NCBI RefSeq assembly: GCF_006345805.1
Contig: NC_043007.1
Coordinates: 37,944,001-38,008,000, forward strand
Source of the DNA: Octopus sinensis
Lineage: Eukaryota
DNA: 64,000 nt
Reading direction: 5' to 3'
Of the stretch, positions 51,503-64,000 are shown in pieces. A program made the translations under genes and the position numbers. Below the pieces are notes generated by a model that had not been told where the DNA came from, searched no databases, and was given only the letters and a program-made list of their open reading frames with translations. How positions within the stretch are numbered: position 1 is the stretch's first letter; every line of letters begins with the position of its first letter.

Positions 51503-51899
51503 TTTTGGGGCCTTAATATGTGTATTTTATGATATTATATTATAATAAGTGTGTGGGTATGCGTGGTTATATATTTTTCTATACGAATGTGCGAATGATG
51601 ATGAGAGAGGGTTTTTTTTTTAACTGGAGGTCCCACCTCCAAGTTCATACAACTCGCGACAAAACTGAACTACAGAAGTTTTGTTTGTGCTTTTGGTTTC
51701 TGTTGAATATTTTTTCTTCGTTTTAGACGTGCTCTCTCCTTCCTGTCTTTCTTTTCTCTTTTCTTTTCTTGTTTCTTTGTTACGTTCTATTATTAATTCC
51801 GCTTATTTTTATTTGTTTCTCAGCCGTTCCATGATGTTGTATTGACATATTTTTTTTCACTTCTTCTTTCAGAAAGCGTTCGAATCGAAGTTGGATAGA

Positions 51900-51945
51900 C
51901 AGAAGGAAGCTCGCTGAGAGTGAGGGGCGGAGTTTTTTTAACGTA
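51900..51945 (-). promoter_or_regulatory. Possible core promoter of the CH-domain gene
   Basis: GC box GGGGCGGAG (51924-51932) next to an Inr-like TCACTCT on the minus strand, CpG retained, ~420 bp upstream of the ATG. Confidence 0.3.
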
Positions 51946-53270
51946 GAGATAGAAAGACAAATAGACAAAGTTAAAATAGAGAGAGTGGGAAAGAGAAAGA
52001 AACAGTGACAGATTGACAGAAAGAGATATAGAGAGTGAAAGAAACACAGGGTGACAGAAATAGATGTGAACAGAGAGGGAAAGAGACAGGGTGTAAGTGA
52101 AAGAGACAGTGGGGAATGACGGAAAGTGATATAAAGAGAAGAAAAGAGATACAAGGTGACAGAAATAGATATAAACAGAGAGAGGAAAAGATTGAGAGTG
52201 ACAGTAATATAGAGATAGGTAGTTAGGTAAGTAACATATGAAGGGGAGGTAGACCGGCTGACTGGCTGGCGTTTATGTGTTAATTTAACGTGTAAAAAAC
52301 CACGGACATGAAGGACTTATTGCCTATCTGTCTGACTGACTGTAAGTGGAGAGGAGGGTGAAGATAGAAAACAGATAGAAGAGAAGATAAAATAAAATAT
52401 AAAAAAGCCGAGTGAGGTGAAGGGCGGAAATGAGGCAGTTGGATAAAGAGAGAGAGAGAAGGCTAAAGATAAGAGGAGCAGAAAAAAAAAAGAAAGAAAA
52501 GAAGGACTAAGGAGAAAATTAGATAGAGAGAGAAAAAAAGAAAGAGTGGTAGGAAAAAGACGAAAGGATATGTGGCCGTAAAAGAAAAGAGAGAGAGCTA
52601 GTTGAAATAGAAAAAGCAAAAAAGATATAGACGGACGGGAAACAGGGAAAAGATAAAGAATGCGGAGAGAAAAAAAGTAGTGAGGGGCTGAAAAATAGAG
52701 ATGGAGGGATACTGGAGGAAAGAAAATGGTGTACGGAGTTAAGAAAAGAAATAAAAGATACAGAGGGAAAAGAAAAGGGATGAGGGAAAGAGAAAGAAAA
52801 GATAAAATACAAAATGCTAGAGTGGGAGTAAGACGAGAGAGAAGCAGTTAGAGAGAAAGAAAGAGGAAACGGAGAGAAAATGGAAAACTGAAATTAAGGG
52901 GAAAAATGTGAAGATAGAAAAGTGGGAGAATATGGTGGAGAATAGGCGAAGCGATATATGGTTAGAAAGAGAAATTGGCAGAATGGAAAATGAAGTAAGT
53001 AAAAGGAAAAGGAAAAACAAAAACACGGAAAGAAAAGAGACAGAAAGATAAAGGGAAATAAAATGGAGTAAAGGAGTGAACTAAAGAGACAGGAGGTTGG
53101 AGATGGATTTAAAAGGGAGTGAGTGGGGAAGGCAAGAGACGGAAGGATAGAGAAAGGGGAAAAAAATACAGAGTAAAGATAAAGAATGGTGAGAAGATGG
53201 ACGGAAGATTAGAGAAAAGAGAAGAGAACAGTAAGAAGGGTGAAAGGCTATGCGAAACAAAAAAAATGAT
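51945..53270. repeat. Long purine-rich (GA/AAG) low-complexity tract
   Basis: Strong purine strand bias. Similar tracts occur at 57050-57740 and 63700-64000. Confidence 0.85.
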
Positions 53271-53876
53271 AATAATAAATGATTGGGGAAATGGGGATAA
53301 ATTATGGTTTTTAACAGACACAAGGCAACAATTAATAGAGAAGAGGTTAGTTGATTAAATCGCCCTCGGTACGACCCCGGAAGACGGAAAGGCAAAGTTG
53401 ACCTTGATGGGAACTGAACCCGGAACGAAAAGGAACAAAAAAAATAAAGAGGAGAAATATTGGTTTCAAATTTTGCACAAGGTCAGCAGTTTCGGGGGAG
53501 AGGGTAAGTTGATTAAATCGATCCCAGTGCTCGACTGGTACTTACTCTATCGACCCCGGAAGGATGAAAGGCAAAGATGACCGCGGCGGAATTTGAACTG
53601 AGAAGGTAAAGACGGACGAAATGCCGCTAAGCATTTTGTCCGGCACGCTAACTATTCTGACGGTTCGCTGCCCTAACAAGGTTAAAAGTTACAAAAAATA
53701 ACCAAAAAAAAAAGAACGGGTGAAGGAAGACAGAAGGAGGGATGAGGATAGAAAAGAAGTAGAAAGAGAGAAATAGCGAAGAGAGGCGAAACAGAAAGGA
53801 GATAAGGAAACGAGATGTGGTGAGATAGAAAGAGACGACGAATATCAAGACTGAAAGTTTAAAAGATGATATGGAA

Positions 53877-54255
53877 GCACTCCGTCGGTTACGACGACGA
53901 GGGTTCCGGTTGATCCGAATCAACGGAACAGCCTACTCGTGAAATTAACGTGTAAGTGGCTGAGCACTCCACAGACACGTGTACCCTTAACGTAGTTCTC
54001 GGGGATATTCAGTGTGACACAGAGAGTGACAAGGCCGGTCCTTTGAAATACAGGTACAACAGAAACAGGAAGTAAGAGTGAGAGAAAGTTGTGGTGAAAG
54101 AGTACAGCAGGGATCACCACCATCCCCTGCCAGAGCCTCGTGGAGCTTTATGTGTTTTCGCTCAATAAACACTCACAACGCCCGGTCTGAGAATCGAAAC
54201 CGCGATCCTATGACCGCGAGTCCGCTGCCCTAACCACTGGGCCATTGCGCCTCCA
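53877..54255 (-). mobile_element. SINE family A, full length
   Basis: tRNA-like head with A/B boxes, CpGs intact, matches 500-795. Confidence 0.9.
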
Positions 54256-55167
54256 CGAACGATGATATAAGGAAGAGAAGGATATAGGTAGGGACGGAGG
54301 GAGAAAAAAAAGATGGAAATGAGAAAGAAATAAGATAGAGAGAAAGAAGATTGATGGGTGATAAAAAGGTGGTTAAATTCAGAGAACGGTAACAGATGAA
54401 GAGGACAGCAAGGATAAGATTGACTGATCTGTACGAAAGCCGAGAAAAATATTCTTTTCTACTCTATGCACAATGCCCGAAATTTTGGGGGAAGTGTGCC
54501 AGTCGATTAGATCGACCCTAGTTCGCAACTGGTACTTAATTTATCGACCCCGAAAGGATGAAAGGCAAAGTCGACCTCGGCGGAATTTGAACTCAGAACG
54601 TAAAGCAGAAAAAATATTGTAATAAAGAAGCTGACATGAGAGAGAGAGAGAGCGGGGAAGAGGAAGAGAAACAAAGATAAACTGCTTGATTGGGCCTTCA
54701 TTAGTTTTCTCTGTTTCCATTTTAAGGAAGATATTTTTTAAGGTCTGACAAAAAGCGAATGGAAGAGCAAGAGCACAAAGGAAAGATAAAGAAGAGTATG
54801 GAACAAACTTAGGGAATAAAAATATAGAGAAAAATGGTACGATATATTGCAAACGGAAAAGGAGTTCTGCCTGTCGTTTACGGGCTCATGAAACCGAAAC
54901 TTAATTCAGATATTCAGGGCGCTTTTGGCTGAGAGAAGAATACACCCTATGTTGCAGAGTTAACCACTAGGTGCTCCTGATGAAACCCCCGGTACTCATT
55001 TTTAGTTGAGTGGACTGGGACATTATGATATGGAGTGCCTTACACTAGGACACAAAGCACTGCCCAACCCAAGGATCGATATCACGACCTAACGTTCCTG
55101 AGCCGAACACTCTAACCACTTCGTGGTCATTCCAGAAGTTTTCAAACTGTCTTAAATCATTGTAATC

Positions 55168-55545
55168 AAGCTGAAGTTGTCTGTGTGTGGCAGGTTTCGA
55201 AGCCTTCAACTAACACTATCTCCTCCGAGACCCTGCGGCGCAAGTTGACCAAATTTGAGAGTATGATAGAAGAAGGCTTGCTCTTCATTCCGTAGAAGAT
55301 AAAATTCAAATCGGACCATGATAACACAAAAGATTATTTACATCAAAAAGGTGCTTTTTTTCTATGAAAATCCCTATTTGTTACGATTTTTTTACTGCTG
55401 TGTCGCCATTTTTCGGTGTATTTCAACCAGAAAAATGTTCACTTAAAGAGAATAACAAGCTACATAATGGAAAATTTTTACTTTTCAAAAATTCCAATTC
55501 TAAATGGGCGAAACAAACCCGAGCAACGCCGGGCAATACTGCTAG
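55168..55545 (+). mobile_element. Non-autonomous Helitron, 5' end clipped
   Basis: Close match to 61584-61977; hairpin plus CTAG|T end. Confidence 0.8.
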
Positions 55546-56119
55546 TTTTAATATATTATTACTATACATCTTATAAGCTGACCTGCCAACTTTTTTTTTT
55601 AATTCTAGATTGAAGGAGACGGCTATAATAAAACTTTGAATACGCCCTACTAAACACTATTTGTTACAGTTGACTAGTTTGTAGAATGCAGTCGGGTCGA
55701 CTGGAAGCTCGCTATACAATAAAGTTTCGTGTTAAACTGGGCAAAGCGCTACAGAAACTTGAACTGATGAGGGGCGTGGGAGGGAGAGCGTTACTGCACT
55801 TTGAACACATCTTACTTAATACTACTTGTCACAGCCTCCTTCATCTTCTCAGTGTCTTCAAAATGACTTCCTCTGGGGCTCTCCATCAGCTTTAGGAACA
55901 ACCAAAAGTCACAGAGAGCAAGGTCTGGACTGTCGGGAGGGTGAGGGACAGTTTTGATGTCCATCTCTGTCAAGTTGTTGGATTACTAGAATATCTGTCA
56001 CTGAGCACCCAGGGAACACACTTCGTACACATTTTACGCCTGTTCAGATCTTCGTGTATAATTCTGTGTACAGTTGCCAAATCAACTCCAAACTTATTGT
56101 ATTTATGGACACACAAGTC

Positions 56120-56777
56120 GGATCTTTACCGACAGATTTAAAAAATAATTTTTTGTAACTAATCACTTTGAAACTTCGGACACTAGTAGAATGTGTCATT
56201 TAAAATATCTTTTACTCTGAGCGTTTTTGAGAAAAGCTTATATTTACGAAGTTATTTCGCGTTAAAGTTGTCGTATTTCGGTAATTTCAACCAATCAATG
56301 ACGTGTATTCAGCTGAATAAAATTACTGCTGTTGTTTGTCAACAAGAACTTCCGGCGGTGTATATTTCATTTGTCACTGTTATTTATGACAACCCTAACC
56401 CTAAAACCCAAATCCTAAAACCCTAACCCTAAAACCCTAACCCTAAAACCCTAACCCTTAAACCTTAAAGCTAAAACCAGTACAAACGCACGAACGATGT
56501 CATAAATAACAGCGGTAAACGAAAACTACACCGCCGATAATTGTTGTTGACAAACAATGGTAGTAATTTTATTCAGCTGAATACACGTCATTGATTGGTT
56601 GAAATTACCGAAATACGACAACTTTAATGTGAAATAACTTCGTAAATACAAGATTTTCTCAAAAACGCTAAGAGTAAAAGATGTTTTATATGACACATTC
56701 TACCAGTATCCGAAGTTTGAAAGTGTTTAGTTACAAAAAATTATTTCTTAAATATGTCGGTCAAAAGGTAAAGATCC
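56120..56777. mobile_element. Foldback MITE with a CCCTAA-repeat centre, inserted in a mariner-like remnant
   Basis: Perfect 8-bp TSD CACAAGTC, long TIRs, central (AAAACCCTAACCCT)n. Confidence 0.9.
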
Positions 56778-57341
56778 CACAAGTCTTCATCTAGAAAATT
56801 GGGAGAACCACGACATTAAAAGTACCCAAGGGTTAGGTGGGGTGTTAGATTAAGTTTATCGACCAAAAATATTATCAGTCACTATTACGAGCTTCCACAC
56901 TGTTTCCATTTATCGAAATTTACTCATCGATCTTGGGTTGATTCGAAACTACGGCAGAAAACACTTGTCCAAGGTGTCACTCACTGTAGGGTTGAATTTG
57001 AAACTATGTAGTGGCGAAGCGAACTTCTTCACCACGGCACTCTTTGGAAGAAGAAATTGTAAAGAACAAGAGAAACATAAAAACAGAGATATAGAAAGTG
57101 GGGGTGGACAGAGAAAAGAATAAAAGAGATGGAAAGAGAAAAAGAAAGTGGAGAAGAGACAAATTAGAGAAATGAAGAGAAGAGAAAGACACACACACAC
57201 ACACACACACACAGATGATTCGAAAGAGAAGGAAAACAGAAATGTTGGAGAGATGGGGAGAAGAGGAAGAGGAAAAGAGAAAATAAAAAGAGATGAAAGA
57301 AAGAAAGAAAGGAAGGAAGGAAGGAAGGAAGGAAGGAAGAA

Positions 57342-57433
<92 letters not shown>

Positions 57434-58011
57434 AATTTAGAGAAAAAGAGGAAACATTAGAGAAGGAAGAATGAGGAGACGAAGCTTCAGGCCGGAAGTA
57501 GAAGAAGAAGAAGAGGTCGAAGACGGTAATGGAAGGGAATAAATACGAAAAGGGGGAGAAAGACGAAAAGAGAACGAGAACGAGGAAGAAATGAACGTAT
57601 AGGAAGAATACGCTTCAGAAGAAAGAGAAAGAGAGAATGAGATATGAAATAGAAGAAGGAAGAAAAGTAGGAGGGCAAGAAAAAAAAAAAAAACACTAAA
57701 AGTGTGTGAGGGTGAGAAAGTGAAAGGCTATAAATCAATAAAATGAAATAAAATAAATAGCCATGCGCCACTGGGGATATCTCAGTATGATCGCGTCTCT
57801 AGTTTGATTGCTTTTGTTACAGATGGTACACAATGTATTATGGAAGTTGAGGTATGTGTAAATGCAGCTGTGGTGGATTATATCGGTATGCGAGGGTATG
57901 AATGAAGAGTTGTTAACACTGGCCACCGAAACCTAAACAAACGCAACGGCCGTAAGTGTGTGTATGTGTGCGTATTTTCCTATATAACAGTTTCACGCCG
58001 AAGTGCATATA

Positions 58012-58047
<36 letters not shown>

Positions 58048-58053
<6 letters not shown>

Positions 58054-58218
58054 ATGATGATGGCCGTCCACTTGTGACCGAGGAAGACCATTGCCGACCT
58101 TCAGGAACATTGTGCGCTCTAGGACTAACTTATATTTTGCATTTGCGGCCCCGTTGGTGGCTAATGAGCCCTGCTCTTGACAAGCATACACGACTGCAAA
58201 CATTGCAGACCAAAACTA
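58048..58218 (-). mobile_element. RTE/BovB-like LINE extreme 3' end
   Basis: CNVCSRVCLSRAGLISHQR C-terminal motif and a (CAT)n tail. Confidence 0.75.
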
Positions 58219-58259
58219 TACGAGTTTTGAGAGAGCACGTATCCAGCATATATACATAC

Positions 58260-58307
<48 letters not shown>

Positions 58308-58555
58308 AAGGGTGAAATTAATTAATTTGGAATAATTATCAATTACACCAAGTAGATTTCGGCATATATATATATATATATATACATACATTGGCGTGAA
58401 GCTGTTATGAGATTTTGCGTCTTTGAAGAAGAAAACTCAGCTGCGAATATTCCGTGTATCGCGTCGTTGTCTAATTTCCCGTCCGATTAGTTTTCGTCTG
58501 CTCTGCTTTCGTCTAACTTTTCTCCTTGTATTCTTTCTGTTCAGCCCTTGATACA

Positions 58556-58600
<45 letters not shown>

Positions 58601-58680
58601 TTTTTTAATCAATGAAATTCCAACTTACTCTAATTTTCAGGTTTTATTATTTGCAATTTTTACTATTTTATGATATTGAA

Positions 58681-58722
58681 ATAAACTAGTACTTTCACGC
58701 ATTGCGTAATCATCAGGGTTAT
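58681..58722 (-). ncRNA. Minimal type I hammerhead ribozyme
   Basis: ATAACC-CTGATGA-tt-ACGC/AAT/GCGT-GAAA-GTAC-TA-GTTTAT. Palindromic stem III, CUA triplet, one mismatch in stem I. Confidence 0.75.
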
Positions 58723-59138
58723 GTAGTGACAGTCGTTTTCCTCCACCCACCCCCATTCGACCTATATATGTATATATAATTATCAAAGTTGGGAGATATG
58801 TCCAAGTAGATAAACACACACACACATACACACACACACACACACATACACATATACACACACACGCAAGGATAATATAACACGAGGATGGAGAGTAACA
58901 CAGGCTCCATTCTTGTATTAATCTTATGTAAAGAGTTCTGCATGTGTATCCGTCCCTGGAATATACCACACTGTAGGATATCACGTGGTAGCAAAATAAC
59001 GACATTAGAGCTCTTAAATGCACGTTACGAGGTTTTCACCTGAATTATACTAATGCACATGCATACACACATCCATACATAGATACATAGATATATACAT
59101 GATAGCTGCCCACTCGTGACATACAGTCATAATATATA

Positions 59139-59990
59139 TACGAGAAGGTACCCAAAAGAAACCGGAATTTTGCAATATTATTTTATTCACTTAGTTTTAC
59201 ATATGTTTACACTTTTATCGCATTCAAAGTATTCTTCATTTGAAGCAATGCATCGGTCCAGGCACGTTTTCCACTGTTCGAAGCAGTGCTGGAACTCTTG
59301 TGAAGTTATGTCTATTAAAGCCTCCGTCGTTTTTTTTTTTTCTCCACCTCTTCCACACCTGCAAATTTTGTAGCACCAGCTTTCGTCACAAGGTATGACG
59401 TTCGTAAAACGGTCCGGATCAACTTCCAGCTGTTCTTTCAGTTCACGACACGCATTCAGTCGTGGCTGCTTTTGACCTTCTGTGAACAAGCGAAGCACAA
59501 GTTTTGCTGCAACTCTTTTCATTCGCAATTCCTCGCTCAAAATTCGTTGGCAGGAGCTCCAGGAGACACCAGTGTCTGCAGACGAAAACTAAACGGACGG
59601 GAAATTAGACAACGACCGCGATACACGGAATATTCGCAGCTGAGTTTTCCTCTTCAAAGACGCAAAATCCCATAACAAGTTCGTCAATTGTTCGGTGACG
59701 GTCCTCCAAGATCAGTTCGGGAATTTTTATATTTTCATTCGTTCGGGAGGTCGACAGTCGTCCTGAACGAGGTTAGTCTTCAAATGACAAGTGACCATTC
59801 CAAAAGCGTGGAAACCACTCGTAAACTTGTGTTTTGTTCATGGTGGCGTTCTTGTAAGCCGTTTGAAGCACGACAGCTGTTTCGGTCGCCATTTTCTCCA
59901 ACAGAAAACAGAATTTCACAGAAGCACGCTGTTCCTTCGTTTCACTCATCGTTTGAAACCGATATTACATCAGACATTTGCATATCATCA
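59139..59990 (-). mobile_element. Internally deleted mariner transposon
   Basis: MKRVAAKLVLRLFT..IPCDESWCY joined to FQHCFEQWK..CIASNEEYFE; terminal TA-CGAG..CCAAAAGAAACCGGAA. Confidence 0.85.
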
Positions 59991-61285
59991 GCCATGTTCA
60001 CTGGAAACATAATCTCTTCATATTCTAATAGTGACAAGATTTATTTCTTTTTTGGAAATGTATTTAAAATATATTGTACTCAGCTTAGATATTACATTTT
60101 CATATAAAATCATGACCCCTCTAAACTCTAAATACCCAGCGAACCCATAGCGTCCTCTTGTGAGTTCACAAACCCTACAAGCTGGTGCTAAAGTCCAAAT
60201 TAAGAACTACTAAATTTTCATTAGCTTAGAAAATGTCTTTCCACAAAGCTCTTGCAACACAATAAAACTCTGTAGCACATATTTTTGTAATTCAAGAGAG
60301 GCCAGTGGTATATTTGATTTTCAGCCAACGCTTATCTTTTCAACCGTAAAATGCTATCAACTTACGCTCTCACAATTAGCTATTAATTTTATTTTTATTT
60401 CTTTTATCCTGGAAAATTAATTCCAAGTGCAAATCGTAAAAGAAAACTATGTCCAGCGTTTATGTCTTGTGCTGCTGCTGGGGCCTCTGTTATTGTTTAG
60501 GCAAGATCGTTTATCACTTGCCTCCAGAAAATGGATTTAGTTTCCATATCCGACAGATCTTTCCAATGAGGCTGACGCGTTTAATTTTTAGTTTGAACAT
60601 CTGCAGGTCGATGCTTTTATAGAAAACGTCGGCAGACAAACAATTTCAATGTACATTTGTGGAAGTAAAGACTAGGCAAAATGTTTGTTACCGGGCTTGG
60701 AAGAAGGGGAAATGGTGTCAATGATGATTTGACGTTTGAGCAGAGGTAGAACGCAGGAAGAAAGTAGAAGAGAACAGATAGTTTTGTCGTAGCGGTAGAA
60801 GGGAAAAAGAGGACTCACAGCGCGTTGGTGAAATGACTAGGGTTAGTTTGTCTATCAGATTACTCTCCATTTTGTTAACTCGCAGAAAGGCGGCGAACTG
60901 GCAGAATCGTTAGCACGCCGAACAAAATGCCTAGCAGCATTTTGTCTGTCTTAACGTTCTGAGTTCAAATTCCGCTGGGGCCGACTTTGTCTTTCATTAT
61001 TTCTTGCATTATCCTAAATAGGTCAACAATTCACCGATAGTGAGAGCAATCTTACATTAAAGTGATGAGGTGCATTTCATCTAACATTGCTTAATAATCC
61101 TTTTTTTACTACAGGCACAGGGCCTGAAATTTTGGAGGAGGGGGTCTAGTCGATTAAATTGACCCCAGTACTAACTGATACTTATTTCATCGACGCTGAA
61201 AGGATAAAAGTAAAGTTGACCCCGGTAATATTTGAACTCTGAACGCGAAGTCAGAAGAAATGCTGAGACGCAGTTTTGTAAATGC

Positions 61286-61515
61286 TTAACACTTTGAACC
61301 CGCAAGTACGCTTTAGCGGGTACGAATGCATTTGACTATATCCTTTGAGGATGCAAAAGCGTGCAGCCCCAGTAGGTTTGTGTTTACGGTTGAAAATAAC
61401 CAACAACGAGCCGGGAAAAAATCCATCTGACCGCCCGCATTTGTGTCTTGCATGGGTTTAGTTGGTCAAATGAAATCTCATCCGCTAAAGTATACTTGCA
61501 AGTTCAAAGGGTTAA
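61286..61515. mobile_element. TTAA-flanked piggyBac-like MITE with ~30-bp TIRs
   Basis: TTAA-CACTTTGAACCCGCAAGTACGCTTTAGCGG ... CCGCTAAAGTATACTTGCAAGTTCAAAGGG-TTAA. Confidence 0.85.
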
Positions 61516-61583
61516 GCTTAAAAGAGGTCTTTTTCCTAAACTACTGGTTGAATGTTGAGTGATAACACAAAAAGAAATATTAA

Positions 61584-61977
61584 TCTATATATATAAAGCT
61601 GGAGTTGTCTGTGTGTGTGGTAGGTTTGGTAGCCTTCAACAAACACTATCTCCTCCGAGACCCTGCCGCGTAAGTTGACCAAAATTGAGAGTATGATAGA
61701 AGAAGGCTTGCTTTTCATTCCGTAGAAGATAAAAATTCAAATCGGACCATGTTAATACCAAAAATTATTTACATCAAAAAGGGGCTTCTTTTTCTATGAA
61801 AATACTTATTTTTTACGATCTTTTTACTGCTGTGTCGCCATTTTTCGGTGTATTTCAACCAGAAAAATGTTCACTTAAAAAGAATAACAAGCTACATAAT
61901 GCAAAATTTTTACTTTTCAAAAATTCCAATTCTAAAGGGTCGAAACAAACCCGAGCAACGCCGGGCGATACTGCTAG
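61584..61977 (+). mobile_element. Non-autonomous Helitron, complete
   Basis: A|TCTATATATATAAAG start, CCCGAGCAACGCCGGG hairpin, CTAG|T end. Confidence 0.85.
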
Positions 61978-64000
61978 TTTCTGATATAGGTATATGACAC
62001 ACATTCAGAAGGATACAGAGTGAGGGGTGTAGTCGATAAATTGAAGACAACACATCACTAGTATCTATTTTGGAGGCCCCAGAATGATAAAGTAAAAAGT
62101 CAAGCCTCATCGGAATTTAAATTCAACATATAGATGTATATATATAGCAAAGCAGCAGCGATTAGAGATGGTGTCAGCAGTGAAAGTTTTCAAGAGGCGA
62201 GGCCACCAGCATGTAAAATAGATACCGATTTACGGAATGCACAATTCTAACTTATAAATTATAGATATAGTCATACACTTCTGATGGTGTGACTCTATCC
62301 TGAGGGTTGAGTCAAATTTATAGTGAAAATCAAGTTGATTAGGACTTCACACTTCATAATAGACAAATATATATTTCTCAGTGTATGTATGTTTATGTAC
62401 CGTGTGTACACATATGCATACTCACATACAGATAACGCCAAGTAACTTGTCCCTTATTTGTTTTGGTGGTTTTCCCCTGACACAGTACGAATATGAAAGG
62501 AGAAAGCAGTGGCTTTGCTGAGATAGGTGACATACAGGTAGTGGGGGTGAGCAAACTGTAAAATATTGGGAAGAATGGAAGACAGAATGAGCGAAGAGAT
62601 AGTGCAAGTAAGAGCTTTTTTAATCAATTTAGGTGTCAGAGTTGTCTCTCTTGATTTCCTTGACTATAATTATAATTAATGATAATGATCTTTCTCTTTT
62701 GATTACGAATGTCATTTCGATTGATTAAACATTTGTGAGGGGAGAAAGTCGCTACCTGAAATATCTTAGCAGACGATATTGAATGTAAATGGAAATATAA
62801 GCAAATGATATTGAACGTAGATAAAATTTAGCCAGGCTAGGAGTCTGTTATAAATGGCAGTAAGCAAAAAAAATGTGGGTAATAAACAAAGAAAATGTGG
62901 AATGTTGACATAATATTGGTTTCAATTTTTGGCACGAGGCCAACAATTTCGGAGAAGGGGTTAAGTCAATTACATCGATCCTAGTGCCCAACTTGTATTT
63001 ATTTTATTGACCTCGAAAGGATGTAAAGTACAGTCTACGGACGAAATGGTACTATGCAGTTGGGCCGGGGTGGTACCGATTCTGCCAGTTCGCTGCCTTC
63101 TTGGTAGACAATATTGAAAGTATATATAACGAATGTTGACAGACGTTGATAGAAGAAGCTTGCCCGACATTTATAGATGGTTCTATTACTCTCGGAGCTG
63201 TGGCAGTTCCACTTTGTATTTGCAAAATGAAAATATTTTTTTGCAGTATAATTAGCTCTTATCAGCCTAGCTTTCTGTTCAGTGAAATAACGAAGTACCC
63301 ATCAGTTTTACAGTTTTCCAACTGTTTGCAATATAGATGGGTGAATTGATGTATTGGTGACTGACAGCGCACAGCTGGTGATTAGATACAATCTGCAAGT
63401 CTTGTTACATCTGATAATGTGGTAAATATCCCGTCGACTCGTCCAGCTCCAATTCTCGCAGACGTCTCAACGAAACAAATTGCTTGAAGTCTGTAACAGA
63501 CTTCACTGGAAGGACTAAATTGTATTAGAGCGAAAATGTGGACAGACAACATAGCGATCTCGGGCGGGGGGTGACCAGACGATGGGGAAGGGAAATCGGG
63601 AAAGAAGTTAAGTAGGAAACAAAGGAAAAGAAGCTGACACTGTTTACTGGAGGAAACGTGTTTTCGTACTTGGTAACCCGTCTTCCTTATCTCTGACATA
63701 GATATATAAAGACTGAGAGATAGGGTGAATTGAATGATGAGAGGAGGGAGATAGATTGGCTTACAGTGGAAGGAAAAGAAAGAAAGTAACAAAGAAAGAA
63801 ACAAAGAAAGAAAGAGAAAGAAAGATAGAAAGAAAGAAAGAAAAAGACTTGGTGAAAGGGGTTGTGGTGGAAGTGGATAAGCCAAGGAAGGGCGAAAGTG
63901 AGAATGAAGATATTGGTAAGAGAGGAAGAAGTGGAAAAAAGTGAGAGATAGGGGGAGGAAGAGAGAGTGGGAGAGAGAGATAGATAGATAGATAGATAGA

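Noticed and set aside
56391-56475. True telomere or chromosome-fusion scar
   Set aside because: The CCCTAA units are internal to a TSD-flanked MITE present twice in the window.
57148-57474. Lys/Glu/Arg-rich ORF
   Set aside because: Translation of (GAAA)n/(GGAA)n low-complexity sequence.
57898-57945. TGAAGAG..CGAAACCTA hammerhead-like match
   Set aside because: C3 is missing and there is no stem I complementarity.

Overview
AT-rich, repeat-dense eukaryotic genomic DNA. The SINE families and heavy microsatellite load look like Octopus (inference from repeat content, not from a search). The only credible host coding sequence is a 120-nt first coding exon on the minus strand (51502-51383, MADEQ...ALHETQRWIE|GTGAGT). 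It resembles the start of the calponin-homology domain of LMO7/LIMCH1-type proteins, so most of 1-51382 is probably one very long intron. The rest is nested mobile DNA: several tRNA-derived SINE families; Penelope-like, Tx1/L1, RTE and CR1/L2-type LINE fragments; mariner and hAT remnants; TTAA MITEs; Helitrons; foldback elements with a telomere-like centre; and large microsatellites. Most ORFs in the supplied track are microsatellite or SINE artefacts. The main hidden structure is a set of type I hammerhead ribozyme folds, each in a different short element sitting in (TA)n/(CA)n tracts: three complete (28106-28178 -, 31608-31658 +, 58681-58722 -), one degenerate (2234-2271 -) and one truncated inverted copy. 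A decayed Penelope-like RT lies in the same window. Also notable are a SINE/LINE 3'-end pair with a covarying stem-loop and several long hairpins. Element boundaries were read by eye and are approximate unless TSDs are given.
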